A stretch of DNA of 64,000 bases, taken from Flavobacteriales bacterium (GTDB taxonomy: Bacteria; Bacteroidota; Bacteroidia; Flavobacteriales_E; Vicingaceae). Below, piece by piece: positions 38,732 to 49,654 of this stretch. The stretch is from assembly GCA_020853105.1 (NCBI GenBank), contig JADYZM010000061.1:13410-77409 (forward strand). Reading direction: 5' to 3'. The translations under genes and the position numbers were made by a program. The notes beneath the pieces were generated by a model. The model did not search any database. It was not told the origin of the DNA and saw nothing but the letters and a program-made list of their open reading frames with translations. Every line of letters begins with the position of its first letter. Position 1 is the stretch's first letter.

Positions 38732-39088
38732 ATGGAAAACAATCAAGATAAAGGAAAAACAGTTGCAATAATAAGTTATATCACATTAATTGGCTTTGTT
38801 GTAGCACTTATAATGCATAACGATGATAAAAACAAATCTGAACTTGGGGCGTTTCATCTTCGTCAATCTTTAGGAATAATGATTACAGGTATTGCTCTCT
38901 CATTTTGTCAATTGATATTTGTATTTATCCCATTTATAGGTTGGTTGATAAATGGAGCCATTTCATTAGCTTTAATTGCTCTTTTTGTTTTTTGGATTTT
39001 AGGATTAATATCAGCAATAAATCAAGAGAAAAAAGAATTACCTTTTATTGGTTCCTACTATCAAAAATATTTAAACAGTATTAAGTAA
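38732..39088 (+). CDS. DUF4870-like small membrane protein
   Basis: AIISYIT, FHLRQSLG, IPFIGWL and LPFIG; three TM segments. Confidence 0.65.
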   Translation: MENNQDKGKTVAIISYITLIGFVVALIMHNDDKNKSELGAFHLRQSLGIMITGIALSFCQLIFVFIPFIGWLINGAISLALIALFVFWILGLISAINQEKKELPFIGSYYQKYLNSIK

Positions 39089-39113
39089 AAGCCTTTTCTC
39101 AAACAAATAATAT

Positions 39114-39809
39114 CTACAATATTCTCATCAATTCGCTCAGGCAACTAATTTCAGTGTCAACCGCATTGGTGTGAGGAGTTTTGTGAAAATTATAATACAC
39201 ACTATCCATTTTAATGCGTTGAGCGCCATAAATATCTGCTTGATAATCATCTCCAATCATTAATGATTCAGTAACTCTTGCTCCAGAATATTTTAAGGCT
39301 CTTTTAAAAATAAGCGGATGAGGTTTTTTTACACCAACTTTTTCTGAAAAAATCAGATGTTCAAAATAATGCCGAATATTAGATTCGTTGAGTTTAATGT
39401 GTTGAACTTCTTCAAATCCGTTGGTAATGATGTGCATCTTGTACTTTCCGTCCAAATAATCTAATATTTCTCTTGCAAAAGGCATAAGAGCAGTTTGTTT
39501 TGGAGATTCGCTAACATAAAAATCTCCCATCTCAAAAGCCATCTTGGTGTTGGTTATATGAAAATGCTCTAACGTAAGTTTAAATCGTTCGTCTCTGAGT
39601 TGTTCTTTTGTGATTGAATTGTTTCTGTACCTTTCCCACAAAAAATCATTGTAATAATAATATTTCTGAATAAAATCAGATTCGTTTTCAATCTGCTTGT
39701 CTAAATCAAATTTTTGAAATATAGCCTGTAAAACAAGCTTAGAATTTTCTTCAAAATTCCAAAGTGTACGGTCTAAATCAAAAAAAATATGACGATACGA
39801 TTTAGACAT
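39114..39809 (-). CDS. yjjG: YjjG-family HAD pyrimidine nucleotidase
   Basis: FFDLDRTLW, ITNGFEEVQ, KKPHPLIF and MIGDD. Confidence 0.85.
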   Translation of the reverse strand: MSKSYRHIFFDLDRTLWNFEENSKLVLQAIFQKFDLDKQIENESDFIQKYYYYNDFLWERYRNNSITKEQLRDERFKLTLEHFHITNTKMAFEMGDFYVSESPKQTALMPFAREILDYLDGKYKMHIITNGFEEVQHIKLNESNIRHYFEHLIFSEKVGVKKPHPLIFKRALKYSGARVTESLMIGDDYQADIYGAQRIKMDSVYYNFHKTPHTNAVDTEISCLSELMRIL

Positions 39810-39817
39810 TTTAACAA

Positions 39818-40684
39818 CTATATATGTCTTTCAGCATGATACGAAGACCTAACCAACGGACCGCTTTCAATGTATGCGATTCCCATTTCTAGTCCTTTCT
39901 TTTTATAAAATGCAAATTTTTCAGGATGAACAAATTCAACTACAGGTAAGTGTTTTGGAGTTGGTTGTAGATATTGCCCGATTGTGATAATTTCACAACC
40001 TGCATTTTTTAAATCTTGGAGGGTTTCAAGCACTTCTTCTTCAGTTTCTCCAAGCCCAAGCATAATTCCGGACTTCACTCTCATACCTCCTGCTTTCAGT
40101 CTCTGCAAAACTTCTAAACTTCTATCGTATTTGGCTTGTATTCGTACTTGTTTTGTTAACCTTCTAACTGTTTCTAAGTTGTGCGACACAATTTCAGGGG
40201 CAACATCAATTATTCGTTGTAAATTATCCCATTCGCCTTTAAAATCTGGAATCAAAGTTTCTAGTGTAGTATTTGGGTTTAGTTCTCTAATTTTTTTTAT
40301 GGTTTCTACCCATAGATTAGAGCCTCCATCTTTTAAATCATCGCGGTCAACTGAAGTGATTACCCCATGTTTAATTCGCATCAATTGCATAGATTTAGCG
40401 ACCCTTTCAGGCTCTTTCAAGTCAACTGGTTTGGGTTTTCCTGTTGCAACATTGCAAAAACCACACGAACGCGTACAAATATTTCCTAAAATCATAAAGG
40501 TCGCTGTTCCAGCCCCCCAACATTCCCCCATATTCGGACAGTTTCCACTTTCACAAATGGTATGCAGTTTATTTTCAGAAACTATATTTCGAACCTTTTT
40601 GTATTCTTCACCAATTGGTAATTTAACTTTTAACCATTCGGGTTTTCGAATTTTTGCTAAACCCTCTGTACTAATTTCATTCAT
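39818..40684 (-). CDS. lipA: Lipoyl synthase
   Basis: [20 protein letters not shown] radical-SAM motif and VRSSYHA. Confidence 0.96.
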   Translation of the reverse strand: MNEISTEGLAKIRKPEWLKVKLPIGEEYKKVRNIVSENKLHTICESGNCPNMGECWGAGTATFMILGNICTRSCGFCNVATGKPKPVDLKEPERVAKSMQLMRIKHGVITSVDRDDLKDGGSNLWVETIKKIRELNPNTTLETLIPDFKGEWDNLQRIIDVAPEIVSHNLETVRRLTKQVRIQAKYDRSLEVLQRLKAGGMRVKSGIMLGLGETEEEVLETLQDLKNAGCEIITIGQYLQPTPKHLPVVEFVHPEKFAFYKKKGLEMGIAYIESGPLVRSSYHAERHI

Positions 40685-40687
40685 ATT

Positions 40688-41431
40688 TTATTCAAGTTTT
40701 CTTTTACCGAAATTTAATCCGACATAAAAGTTTAGAAAAAATTGTTGATTTGGGACATTTGCCATTATCGGTACATTTTGAAAAAATGCATCTAATGTAG
40801 CTCCAACCTCAATAGCATTGATATAATTGGCTTGTCTGGCAGCTTCAAAATTCAATGCTGCTTTTGCAAACAAACCGGGGTAAAATCTTCCTTTAAAGAA
40901 TCCGTGGAAAAACGAAGCCTTCCCTACAATATCTCCCCTGTCGTGTTTTTCAGGGTCATATCGCTGAATTTCAGTAATTGGAAACATATCATCGTTTAAG
41001 GTAATAACTTCTAAATATACCGGTTTGGCGTAGGCTGTTGTAACTCCAATGTGTAGTATATAGTTTACTTCTACACCTTTCACACTTTGTTTACTTATAT
41101 AAGTTCTGTGTGAACCTATCGAAAATCTAGGTACCAATAAATAATTCATTTTACCATAAAAGTACCCATTGGAGTTATCAAAAATTGAACTGAAGGTTAG
41201 TATTTCTTTAGGGTGTTTTAACGTGGCAAACTCTACCTCATAGCTTCGTTTGCTAAAAGCAGATGTGTTTATTGAATATCGATAATTTAATCCCCAACCC
41301 GATGTATGAAAATAACCACCAAAAACTTGGTCACGCTTATATACGGTTCTGGCTTCTTCAAAAATTGTTTCTTGTGCATTTGAAGTTACAATGCCTATAA
41401 AAATAAATAAAAAGAGAAGTAGTCTTTTCAT
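40688..41431 (-). CDS. Hypothetical outer-membrane beta-barrel-like protein
   Basis: Signal peptide, alternating aromatic beta-strands, terminal FYVGLNFG. Confidence 0.55.
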   Translation of the reverse strand: MKRLLLFLFIFIGIVTSNAQETIFEEARTVYKRDQVFGGYFHTSGWGLNYRYSINTSAFSKRSYEVEFATLKHPKEILTFSSIFDNSNGYFYGKMNYLLVPRFSIGSHRTYISKQSVKGVEVNYILHIGVTTAYAKPVYLEVITLNDDMFPITEIQRYDPEKHDRGDIVGKASFFHGFFKGRFYPGLFAKAALNFEAARQANYINAIEVGATLDAFFQNVPIMANVPNQQFFLNFYVGLNFGKRKLE

Positions 41432-41499
41432 AAACCAAAATTAAGAATAATTTGAGTTGTGTTTATTTGTATTTTTGGAATTGAATACAATCACATTCA

Positions 41500-41910
41500 A
41501 TGGCAACTTCAAAAGTAAAATATCTTGGTAATTTAAGAACAGAAGCAGTTCATCTAAAAAGCAATACAACTATTCAAACAGATGCTCCAACTGACAATCA
41601 TGGTAAAGGTGAAAAATTTTCACCTACTGATTTGGTAGCAACGGCATTAGCTAACTGTATGATTACTCTAATGGGGATACAAGCCAATACAAGTAAAATA
41701 GAACTTGGTAATATTGAAGCGGAAGTAACAAAAATTATGAGTGATAAGCCAAGAAAAATTGCAGAAATTGCTATTGATTTTTACTTTACAGATAAGAAGT
41801 ATAGCGAACGTGAAAAAACCATTTTGAAAAATGCTGCAAAAACTTGTCCAGTTGCACTAAGTTTAAACTCAGAACTCAAACAGACAGTAACATTCAACTT
41901 TACTGAATAG
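41500..41910 (+). CDS. OsmC/Ohr family protein
   Basis: TDAPTDNHGKGEKFSPTDL...ALANCM and a second Cys in KTCPV. Confidence 0.85.
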   Translation: MATSKVKYLGNLRTEAVHLKSNTTIQTDAPTDNHGKGEKFSPTDLVATALANCMITLMGIQANTSKIELGNIEAEVTKIMSDKPRKIAEIAIDFYFTDKKYSEREKTILKNAAKTCPVALSLNSELKQTVTFNFTE

Positions 41911-41963
41911 AAGAACCAAGCATATTATTGCTTAATAAATTAAAAAAACGTATTCTGATTAAA

Positions 41964-42092
41964 TTAGGCAGGAATAGTTTTAGACGTTTTAGCTTTACTA
42001 TAAGCTGGGCAAGTTTCGTATGATTTACATGAAGAATAAATCAATGTTACCATGAAAAGTAGAGCAATTGCAAGTAAAGCTTTTTTTGTCAT
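41964..42092 (-). CDS. 42-aa small lipoprotein with CPAY motif
   Basis: Start reassigned to ATG 42092: MTKKALLAIALLFMVTLIYSSC-KSYETCPAYSK..., with a lipobox-like SSC and a second Cys. Confidence 0.65.
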   Translation of the reverse strand: MTKKALLAIALLFMVTLIYSSCKSYETCPAYSKAKTSKTIPA

Positions 42093-42267
42093 TGTTTCCT
42101 TATATTTGTTTTTTATTGTTTCCAAAGATAGTAAAAATATTTTCATGGAAAATAATTTTCTTATCAACAATTGAAAAATGATATTTTCGTTAATCAAAAG
42201 AATTGATTTCATTGATATCTTTTTATTCAATTCTGACATAATAAATATTTTATTCAACATATTTTAG

Positions 42268-42951
42268 ATGACTGCAATTACACCAAAAATTGAAAATTCG
42301 TGGAAAGAAATTTTAAAAGATGAATTTGAAAGTGAGTATTTTAAAAAAATAAAACAATTTTTGGTCGATGAAAAAAAACAATATTCCATTTTTCCAAAAG
42401 GGAATGAAATTTTTTCAGCCTTTGATTTAACTCCATTTTACTCGGTTCGAGTTGTGATTATTGGTCAAGACCCGTATCATGGGATTAATCAAGCTCACGG
42501 ACTTTGTTTCTCGGTGTTAGACGGTGTTGAACATCCACCTTCACTAAAAAATATTTTCAAAGAAATTCAAAATGATTTAGGGGGTGAATACCCAAAAAGC
42601 GGTAACCTATCGTCTTGGGCAGAACAAGGTGTTTTATTGTTAAATGCAACTCTTACTGTACGAGAAAATCAGGCAAACTCACACCAATATATTGGTTGGC
42701 AACTGTTTACTGATGCTGTAATTCAAAAATTATCAACAGAACGAAGCGGAATTGTATTTTTATTGTGGGGAGGCTTTGCTCAAAAAAAAGGGTGTAAGAT
42801 AGATACTTCTAAACATTATGTTTTAAAATCCGGTCATCCGTCTCCTTTAAGTGCAAATAAGGGGCACTGGTTTGGAAATAAACATTTCAGCAAGACTAAC
42901 GAAATACTGCTTCAAATGAAAACTGCCCCAATAAATTGGAAAATATCTTAA
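42268..42951 (+). CDS. ung: Uracil-DNA glycosylase family 1
   Basis: IGQDPYH, QAHGLCFSV, PPSLKNI, LLNATLTV and HPSPLS. Confidence 0.96.
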   Translation: MTAITPKIENSWKEILKDEFESEYFKKIKQFLVDEKKQYSIFPKGNEIFSAFDLTPFYSVRVVIIGQDPYHGINQAHGLCFSVLDGVEHPPSLKNIFKEIQNDLGGEYPKSGNLSSWAEQGVLLLNATLTVRENQANSHQYIGWQLFTDAVIQKLSTERSGIVFLLWGGFAQKKGCKIDTSKHYVLKSGHPSPLSANKGHWFGNKHFSKTNEILLQMKTAPINWKIS

Positions 42952-42976
42952 ACCAAACAATTCGTTTAATTTAATT

Positions 42977-44701
42977 TTGAAAAAAATACTCTTCATACTG
43001 TTGTTTTCCTCAAGTTTTACTGTATTTTCTCAACGAAAGGAGTTGAAAATTGCTTTTAACGACAGTCTGATTAAATCATCAAAAATTATTTCATACAGCA
43101 AAACTTCTACATTGCTGGAATTGAAAGATGAACTTAGAAAAGCTATCAATCAACTTCATCAAAACGCTTATCTTTTAGCAGGTATTGACAGTATTTTAAT
43201 TGATTCAACTCATTTTTCGGTATTCATGAATCTCGGAAAACAATACAAATGGAGCTACTTAAAAACCGTAGGCATTGATGAAGAAGTTTTGAGTAAAACA
43301 GGTTTCCGAGACAAACTCTTTCAAAACAAACCCTTTAATCAAAACAGTTTGTCTGTTTTGTTGGAAGAGATAATTAAACATTATGAAAACAATGGATATC
43401 CATTCTCTTCACTTCGATTTGACAGCATACAAATTGAAAATGATATTTTTAAGGGAAATATCATTCTGGAAAAAAATAAAAGATTTGAAATTGATAGTGT
43501 TTTAATAGTTGGAAATGCTACTCTCTCATCAAAATACATTCAAAATTACATACGAATAAAAAACAATGATTTATACAACGAAACTAATATCAGAAACATA
43601 AGCACTCGACTTAAAGAATTGCCTTTTGTTGAAGAAAATCAACCTTTTAAAGTGATTTTTAGTGAATCCGGGTCGAAGATTATTTTGGATTTAAAGAAAA
43701 AAAAAGCTAGCCGTTTTAATGGTATTTTGGGAATATTGCCCAACAACGAAACCGGAAAAATTAGACTAACGGGCGATGTTAAGCTAAACCTCCTCAATTC
43801 ATTCAAAAAAGGCGAAGAAATAACTTTCAACTGGCGGTCGATTCAAGAAAATACCCAAGATTTAAAAACAGGTTTTGTCTATCCTTTTGTGGCAAATTCA
43901 CCTTTTGGAATTGATTATTCGTTTAAGTTATACAAAAAAGACACCAGTTTCATTGATGTTTTTAATAAAATTGGGGCTCGTTATATATTAAAAGGAAACA
44001 ATTATTTTAGTGTTTTTTATCAAAACAAAAAATCAGCACTGTTATCAACTAATGGGTTTAAAACATTAACCGTGCTTCCCGATTATGCCGATATTACAAC
44101 ACAATTGTATGGAATTGGATTTACCTTTAATCAACTCGATTATTTGCTAAACCCAAGACGTGGATACAGCGTTTTTATTGAAGGTGCAGCAGGTTCAAAA
44201 TCAATTAAAAAAAATAGTGCTTTAAAAGAATCTCTTTACGAAAAATTAAAGCTAAACTCAAGCCTTTATCAAGCAACAACAATTCTTGATTTTTATTTTC
44301 CTGTTAAAAAACGAAGTGCAATTAAATTGAGCAACAAAAGTGGGTTTACAATTAACGAAAGCTTATTTGACAATGAGTTGAACCGTATAGGAGGAATTTT
44401 TACACTTCGAGGGTTTGACGAAGAGTCTATTAACACAACCTTGTATAGCATAGCAACTGTTGAATATAGATTTATTCTTGAGCAAAATTCTTATCTATAT
44501 TTATTTTTTGATGGTTCATACGTTGAAAAAGATAATGTCAAAGGATATTTGTCCGACCGACCTTATGGTTTTGGGTCCGGAATGAGTTTTGATACAAAAG
44601 CCGGAATTTTTTCTATTAGCTATGCTTTAGGAACACAATTTGACAACCCCATATTATTCCGAAACGCAAAAATTCATTTCGGGTTCGTCAACTTTTTTTA
44701 A
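42977..44701 (+). CDS. Omp85 family (BamA/TamA-like) outer-membrane protein with POTRA domains
   Basis: Signal peptide, ENNGYPF POTRA motif, RIGGIFTLRGFDE lid motif, terminal aromatic strand (HFGFVNFF). Confidence 0.75.
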   Translation: MKKILFILLFSSSFTVFSQRKELKIAFNDSLIKSSKIISYSKTSTLLELKDELRKAINQLHQNAYLLAGIDSILIDSTHFSVFMNLGKQYKWSYLKTVGIDEEVLSKTGFRDKLFQNKPFNQNSLSVLLEEIIKHYENNGYPFSSLRFDSIQIENDIFKGNIILEKNKRFEIDSVLIVGNATLSSKYIQNYIRIKNNDLYNETNIRNISTRLKELPFVEENQPFKVIFSESGSKIILDLKKKKASRFNGILGILPNNETGKIRLTGDVKLNLLNSFKKGEEITFNWRSIQENTQDLKTGFVYPFVANSPFGIDYSFKLYKKDTSFIDVFNKIGARYILKGNNYFSVFYQNKKSALLSTNGFKTLTVLPDYADITTQLYGIGFTFNQLDYLLNPRRGYSVFIEGAAGSKSIKKNSALKESLYEKLKLNSSLYQATTILDFYFPVKKRSAIKLSNKSGFTINESLFDNELNRIGGIFTLRGFDEESINTTLYSIATVEYRFILEQNSYLYLFFDGSYVEKDNVKGYLSDRPYGFGSGMSFDTKAGIFSISYALGTQFDNPILFRNAKIHFGFVNFF

Positions 44702-44736
44702 TTGAGTTTATTGTTATTTTTGTTTTTTTATAAATT

Positions 44737-45558
44737 ATGCTGAATAACATAAATTCTATCTATTTACAAAATTCAAAAATTGAAGAGTTGAAAACTCAAT
44801 TCAACAATGCTAAGCCTTGTAAACACGTTGTTTTGCCAAATTTTTTAACCGACGAATTTGCTCAATCTCTTTTTGAAAATTTTCCGAAAATGAATGTATT
44901 GAATGTGAACCGAAAAAGCATTAATGAAAACAAAAAAGAAGATTACCATTTTGAACGATTTCATCCAAATTTTTTAGAACTAAAAAATACGCTGGCAAGT
45001 GCTGAATTTATCAAAATCGTTGAAACCATCACAGGTATTACTCAATTGGTAACAACCAATGATGCTTTAGGTGCAGGTGTTCATCAAGGAGCAAATGGCA
45101 GCTATGTTGATATTCACATTGATTCAAACTATAATCCGATGCAAAACCTTTGGAGAAGGTTGAACTTATTGATATACTTAAATAAAAACTGGAAAACCGA
45201 ATACGGCGGCGAATTAGAGCTCTGGAATCAAGAAATGACACAATGTGTTACTAAAGTTCCGTGTGATTTTAACAGAGCTGTAATTTTTTTAACCGACGAA
45301 ACATCTCCTCATGGATATGGTAAAATTTCAGTTCCTGAAGATGAAACAAGAAAATCATTCTATACATACTATTCAACTCCAACCGATAAAAAGTTTAAAT
45401 ACGTAGATTCACACTTTATTTCCCGTCCCGATGATAATCTTACAAAGAAAATTGCCACGGCTGTTAAGGAACCGTTAAAACTAACCATAAAACGAATATT
45501 AAAACGATTCGGTTTAACTTCGCTGGATTTTCAAGACAAAAACAAAAAGAAATTTTAA
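44737..45558 (+). CDS. 2-oxoglutarate/Fe(II)-dependent oxygenase (prolyl-hydroxylase-like)
   Basis: HID (HxD), RRLNLLIYLN, GGELELW, distal His in SPHG and 2OG-binding Arg in RKS. Confidence 0.85.
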   Translation: MLNNINSIYLQNSKIEELKTQFNNAKPCKHVVLPNFLTDEFAQSLFENFPKMNVLNVNRKSINENKKEDYHFERFHPNFLELKNTLASAEFIKIVETITGITQLVTTNDALGAGVHQGANGSYVDIHIDSNYNPMQNLWRRLNLLIYLNKNWKTEYGGELELWNQEMTQCVTKVPCDFNRAVIFLTDETSPHGYGKISVPEDETRKSFYTYYSTPTDKKFKYVDSHFISRPDDNLTKKIATAVKEPLKLTIKRILKRFGLTSLDFQDKNKKKF

Positions 45559-47345
45559 TGAAAAGAAAAAAAAATAAAAATCCTCTTTCTAAAGAAGCAC
45601 TGAAAAAATCGATGCGTATTTTCAAATACATCAAACCGTATCGAGTTCAATTCTTCTTAGGATTGCTTGTATTACTAGTTTCTACAGTAGCAACGCTTTC
45701 ATTCCCTAAACTTTTAGGGGGAATAATGGATGCTGTAAAAATTTCTTCAAACGAAACTGTAACTCAATTGGTAGAAGTGTTGATCGTATTGTTTTTAGTC
45801 ATTGGAATTTCTTCATTTCTCAGAATTTATTTATTCGGAATAGTAGCCCATAAATCATTGGCATTACTCAAAACAAAAACATACGAACATTTGATTTCAT
45901 CTCCCATGTATTTTTTCTCTAAACATCGTGTTGGTGAACTTAGCAGTAGAATTAGTGCCGATATTTCATTACTTCAAGAAACTTTTACCATTACAATTGC
46001 AGAACTTATCCGCCAACTCATTACTATTCCGGTTGGTTTATTTTTTCTTTTTTACATCTCCGGCAGGTTAACTCTTTTTATTTTAGCAATCATTCCCATC
46101 ATAGCACTCATTGGGATTTTTTTTGGAAAATTCATCAAAAAACTTTCAGTTTCTGCCCAAGATGATATCACTGAATCAAACAAAGTAGTTGATGAAACTT
46201 TACACGGAATTTCTAATGTTAAAGCCTATGCAAATGAATTTTTTGAATTGCTACGCTATAAAAAAAGCATTCATCAATCGGTGGAAACCTCAATTCAGAG
46301 AGCAAAATGGAGAGGCGTATTTATTGGTTTAATCCTATTTATTGCAGGCTCTGCACTTATGGCAATAATTTGGTACGGCTTACACATGGTTCAGCAAAAT
46401 GATTTGAAACCCGGAACCGGAATTACTGTTGGCGAATTGGTTCAATTTGCACTTTATGCTTCATTTATAGGCGTTTCATTCGGTGGTACTGCCGATTTAT
46501 TTTCTCAACTCCAAAAATCTATTGGAGCCACTGAAAGTTTGATGAATATACTGGAGGAAGAAATAGAACCTATTACTCTTCAAAAGCCAAATTCAATTTC
46601 TATCGATGGAAATTTGGAGTTTAAAAATGTTTACTTCTCTTATCCCTCACGCAGAGATATTGAAGTTTTAAAAGACATAAGTTTTCGTTTAGATAAAGGA
46701 AAGTTGTTAGCTTTTGTAGGACATTCAGGGGCAGGAAAATCGACAATTGCGGCATTAATTTTTGGATTTTACAAACCAACGAACGGAATAATTACTATTG
46801 ACGGTAAAGAATTTCATGAATATCACATTTCGGAAATACGAAGCCAAATGGCTCTTGTACCTCAAGAAGTAATGCTCTTTGGAGGTACAATCAGAGAAAA
46901 TATTGAATATGGAAAGCCTGGTGCCACTGAAGAAGAAATTTTTGAGGCTGCCAAACAAGCTAATGCACTGGAATTTATTGAACGTTTCCCTGATAAACTT
47001 GAAACAATAGTCGGTGATAGAGGAATTCAACTGAGTGGCGGGCAAAAACAACGGATTGCTATTGCCAGAGCTATTTTAAGGAATCCTTCAATTTTAGTTT
47101 TAGACGAAGCAACAAGTGCTTTAGATTCAGAAAGCGAACGATTGGTACAAGAAGCTTTAGAGCGTTTAATGAAAGGTAGAACTTCAATAGTTATTGCTCA
47201 TAGACTATCGACAATTAAAAACGCTGACACCATTATTGTAATAGATAATGGGAAAATCAAAGAAGTGGGAACCCATGCGGAATTGCTAAAAAAAGACAAT
47301 GGTATTTATAAAAACCTAAGCAACATACAATTGGCAGCAGTTTAA
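45558..47345 (+). CDS. MsbA-like ABC exporter (fused TMD-NBD)
   Basis: Six-TM domain, Walker A GHSGAGKST, LSGGQKQR and LDEATSALD; one-base overlap with the upstream stop. Confidence 0.9.
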   Translation: MKRKKNKNPLSKEALKKSMRIFKYIKPYRVQFFLGLLVLLVSTVATLSFPKLLGGIMDAVKISSNETVTQLVEVLIVLFLVIGISSFLRIYLFGIVAHKSLALLKTKTYEHLISSPMYFFSKHRVGELSSRISADISLLQETFTITIAELIRQLITIPVGLFFLFYISGRLTLFILAIIPIIALIGIFFGKFIKKLSVSAQDDITESNKVVDETLHGISNVKAYANEFFELLRYKKSIHQSVETSIQRAKWRGVFIGLILFIAGSALMAIIWYGLHMVQQNDLKPGTGITVGELVQFALYASFIGVSFGGTADLFSQLQKSIGATESLMNILEEEIEPITLQKPNSISIDGNLEFKNVYFSYPSRRDIEVLKDISFRLDKGKLLAFVGHSGAGKSTIAALIFGFYKPTNGIITIDGKEFHEYHISEIRSQMALVPQEVMLFGGTIRENIEYGKPGATEEEIFEAAKQANALEFIERFPDKLETIVGDRGIQLSGGQKQRIAIARAILRNPSILVLDEATSALDSESERLVQEALERLMKGRTSIVIAHRLSTIKNADTIIVIDNGKIKEVGTHAELLKKDNGIYKNLSNIQLAAV

Positions 47346-47357
47346 AAGAATATAAAT

Positions 47358-47810
47358 ATGAAAAATGTATTCAATCATATTGACAGTATAGAAATCATTA
47401 ACAGAATAAATCAATTAACATCAAACTCAAAAGCACGTTGGGGAAAAATGAGTGTGGCTCAAATGTTGGCTCATTGTAATGTTACTTATGAAATGATTTA
47501 TGAAAACAAACATCCACAGCCAAATCCTTTCAAGAGATTTATTTTGCGTTTATTGGTTAAAAGAATTGTTGTTAGTGAAAAACCATATACCCAAAATGGA
47601 AAAACAGCACCCCAGTTTATTATCAAAGACGATAAAAATTTTGAAGCTGAAAAAAATAGATTAATTGAATTTATTATTAAAACCCAACAACTGGGAGAAA
47701 ACCACTTCAATAAAAAAGAATCTCTCTCTTTTGGCATATTGACCTCTAATGAATGGAACAACATGCTTTATAAGCATTTGGACCACCATTTAAACCAGTT
47801 TGGAGTTTAA
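47358..47810 (+). CDS. DUF1569 / DinB-like protein
   Basis: WGKMSVAQMLAHC and YKHLDHHLNQFG. Confidence 0.8.
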   Translation: MKNVFNHIDSIEIINRINQLTSNSKARWGKMSVAQMLAHCNVTYEMIYENKHPQPNPFKRFILRLLVKRIVVSEKPYTQNGKTAPQFIIKDDKNFEAEKNRLIEFIIKTQQLGENHFNKKESLSFGILTSNEWNNMLYKHLDHHLNQFGV

Positions 47811-47972
47811 TCAATTTTTTTTTTGATTTTTACTAAAAGAATACCAATCTTTCAAGTCAGGTGTCAATTCATTGTTGTAAGGCTTTGTGATGAGCAACAT
47901 TTTATATTAATTGAAAAATGTCTAACATTGAAGAATCAAAATATCTATAATTTATAGCCTTAACTCAAACTT

Positions 47973-49538
47973 ATGAAACAATTAATCTTTACACCTGTAT
48001 TCACCTTTATTGTTATTATTAACAGTTTAAACGCCCAAACTACATTAGCTTGGCAACATACCTTCGGGGGTTCAGCTCATGAATATATTTGGAATACCAC
48101 ACCCACTTCTGATGGAGGATATGTGTTTGTTGGTCAAAGCGAATCCAGTAATGGAGATGTATCTGGAAATAGTGGTGGTGCTGACTTTTGGGTAGGCAAA
48201 ATTACTTCCACTGGAGCCGTTCAATGGTCTTATCTTTTTGGAGGTTCAGATGATGATTACGGCAAGGATATTATACAAACTTCTGACGGAGGATACTTGG
48301 CTGTCGGTTTTACCCGTTCAACAGATGGTGATGTAGTCGGACTACATGGTACAGGAAGCTATGACGTATGGGTTATAAAGCTCTCGTCAACAGGAAGCCT
48401 TTTGTGGAGTAAATGTTTTGGAGGGAGTGGTGATGACGAAGGGGTTGCTATTGTAAAAAATAATACCGGTGATTATTACATCGGCGGAAGCACATATTCA
48501 ACAAACGGAGATGTAAGCGGAAATCATTCCAACTACACTGATGTTTGGTTATTAAAAATTGATAGTACAGGTAATCTGCTTTCCCAAAAATGTGTGGGTG
48601 GAACTGATTCTGACGAAGGGATTTGTTTAATAGCTACTTCAGACAACGGATGCATGGTTGCAGGTAGAACAACTTCAATCGATGCCGATGCTACAGGAAA
48701 TCATGGAAATGCTGATATGCTGATTACAAAATTAAGCTCTTCATTTGTTGTTGAATGGTCATATTGTTATGGTGGTTCTGAAACAGAAGAGTGTAATTCT
48801 GTAGTTCAACTAACTGACGGAAGTTATGCTGCACTCGGATACACCAGTACTCATAATAACGGACAGGTTACCGGACATCATGGTTCTCAAGGAATGGACG
48901 ACTTTTGGTTGTTAAAATTATCATCAACAGGTTCACTTGTCTGGCAAAAATGTATTGGAGGCAGTGGCGACGATCAGGCAAACGCTTTAGTTTATACATC
49001 TGATGGTGGGTTTGCTTTGGCTGGGTTAACAAATTCAATCGATGGAGATGTTAGTGGTTTACACGGAATGTTTTTTTCTCCGGATATCTGGGTTTGCAAA
49101 ACTGACAACAACGGAAACGTTCAATGGCAAAGATGTTGTGGAGGATCTGAACAAGATGAATCATTCAACATGTTTCAAGAAGCTGGTGGTGCACTTGTTG
49201 TATCCGGATTTACCTATTCAAACGACTATGATGTTACTTACAACAGAGGTAGTGCAGATGGTTGGATATTAAAAGTTACTGGAGGTGCTACCGGAATTGA
49301 GGATACCAAAAAATTATCCGATGTAGAAATTTATCCAAACCCAACCTCTGGTTTAATTTATATAAATTCGGATGATGTTTTGAATATTAATATTATCAAC
49401 TTAATCGGTGAAAAAGTGCTTTCCATTGAAAATATTTATAAAAACTCAATAGATCTTACTAACTTGGAAAAAGGGATGTATATCGTACGATTGTCAAACA
49501 AAGAAACATTTTTGGAAAAGAAGTTGGTAATAAACTAA
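47973..49538 (+). CDS. T9SS-secreted seven-repeat beta-propeller protein
   Basis: Seven GG(S/T)xxD/E repeats with TSDGGY-like turns; IYPNPT...KGMYIV...KKLVIN C-terminal signal. Confidence 0.82.
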   Translation: MKQLIFTPVFTFIVIINSLNAQTTLAWQHTFGGSAHEYIWNTTPTSDGGYVFVGQSESSNGDVSGNSGGADFWVGKITSTGAVQWSYLFGGSDDDYGKDIIQTSDGGYLAVGFTRSTDGDVVGLHGTGSYDVWVIKLSSTGSLLWSKCFGGSGDDEGVAIVKNNTGDYYIGGSTYSTNGDVSGNHSNYTDVWLLKIDSTGNLLSQKCVGGTDSDEGICLIATSDNGCMVAGRTTSIDADATGNHGNADMLITKLSSSFVVEWSYCYGGSETEECNSVVQLTDGSYAALGYTSTHNNGQVTGHHGSQGMDDFWLLKLSSTGSLVWQKCIGGSGDDQANALVYTSDGGFALAGLTNSIDGDVSGLHGMFFSPDIWVCKTDNNGNVQWQRCCGGSEQDESFNMFQEAGGALVVSGFTYSNDYDVTYNRGSADGWILKVTGGATGIEDTKKLSDVEIYPNPTSGLIYINSDDVLNINIINLIGEKVLSIENIYKNSIDLTNLEKGMYIVRLSNKETFLEKKLVIN

Positions 49539-49654
49539 TCATTTCTTTTATTTCACTCAATCCAAGTATTTTACTGACTTTAATATTAGATTTCTTTTAA
49601 AATCTTCGGATTCTCATTCAATTTAGTGCTAATTTTACTGAAAATTTATAAAAA

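Noticed and set aside
39984-40727. 247-aa plus-strand ORF
   Set aside because: Lies antisense to lipA, has no motifs and a Ser/Phe-rich shadow composition.
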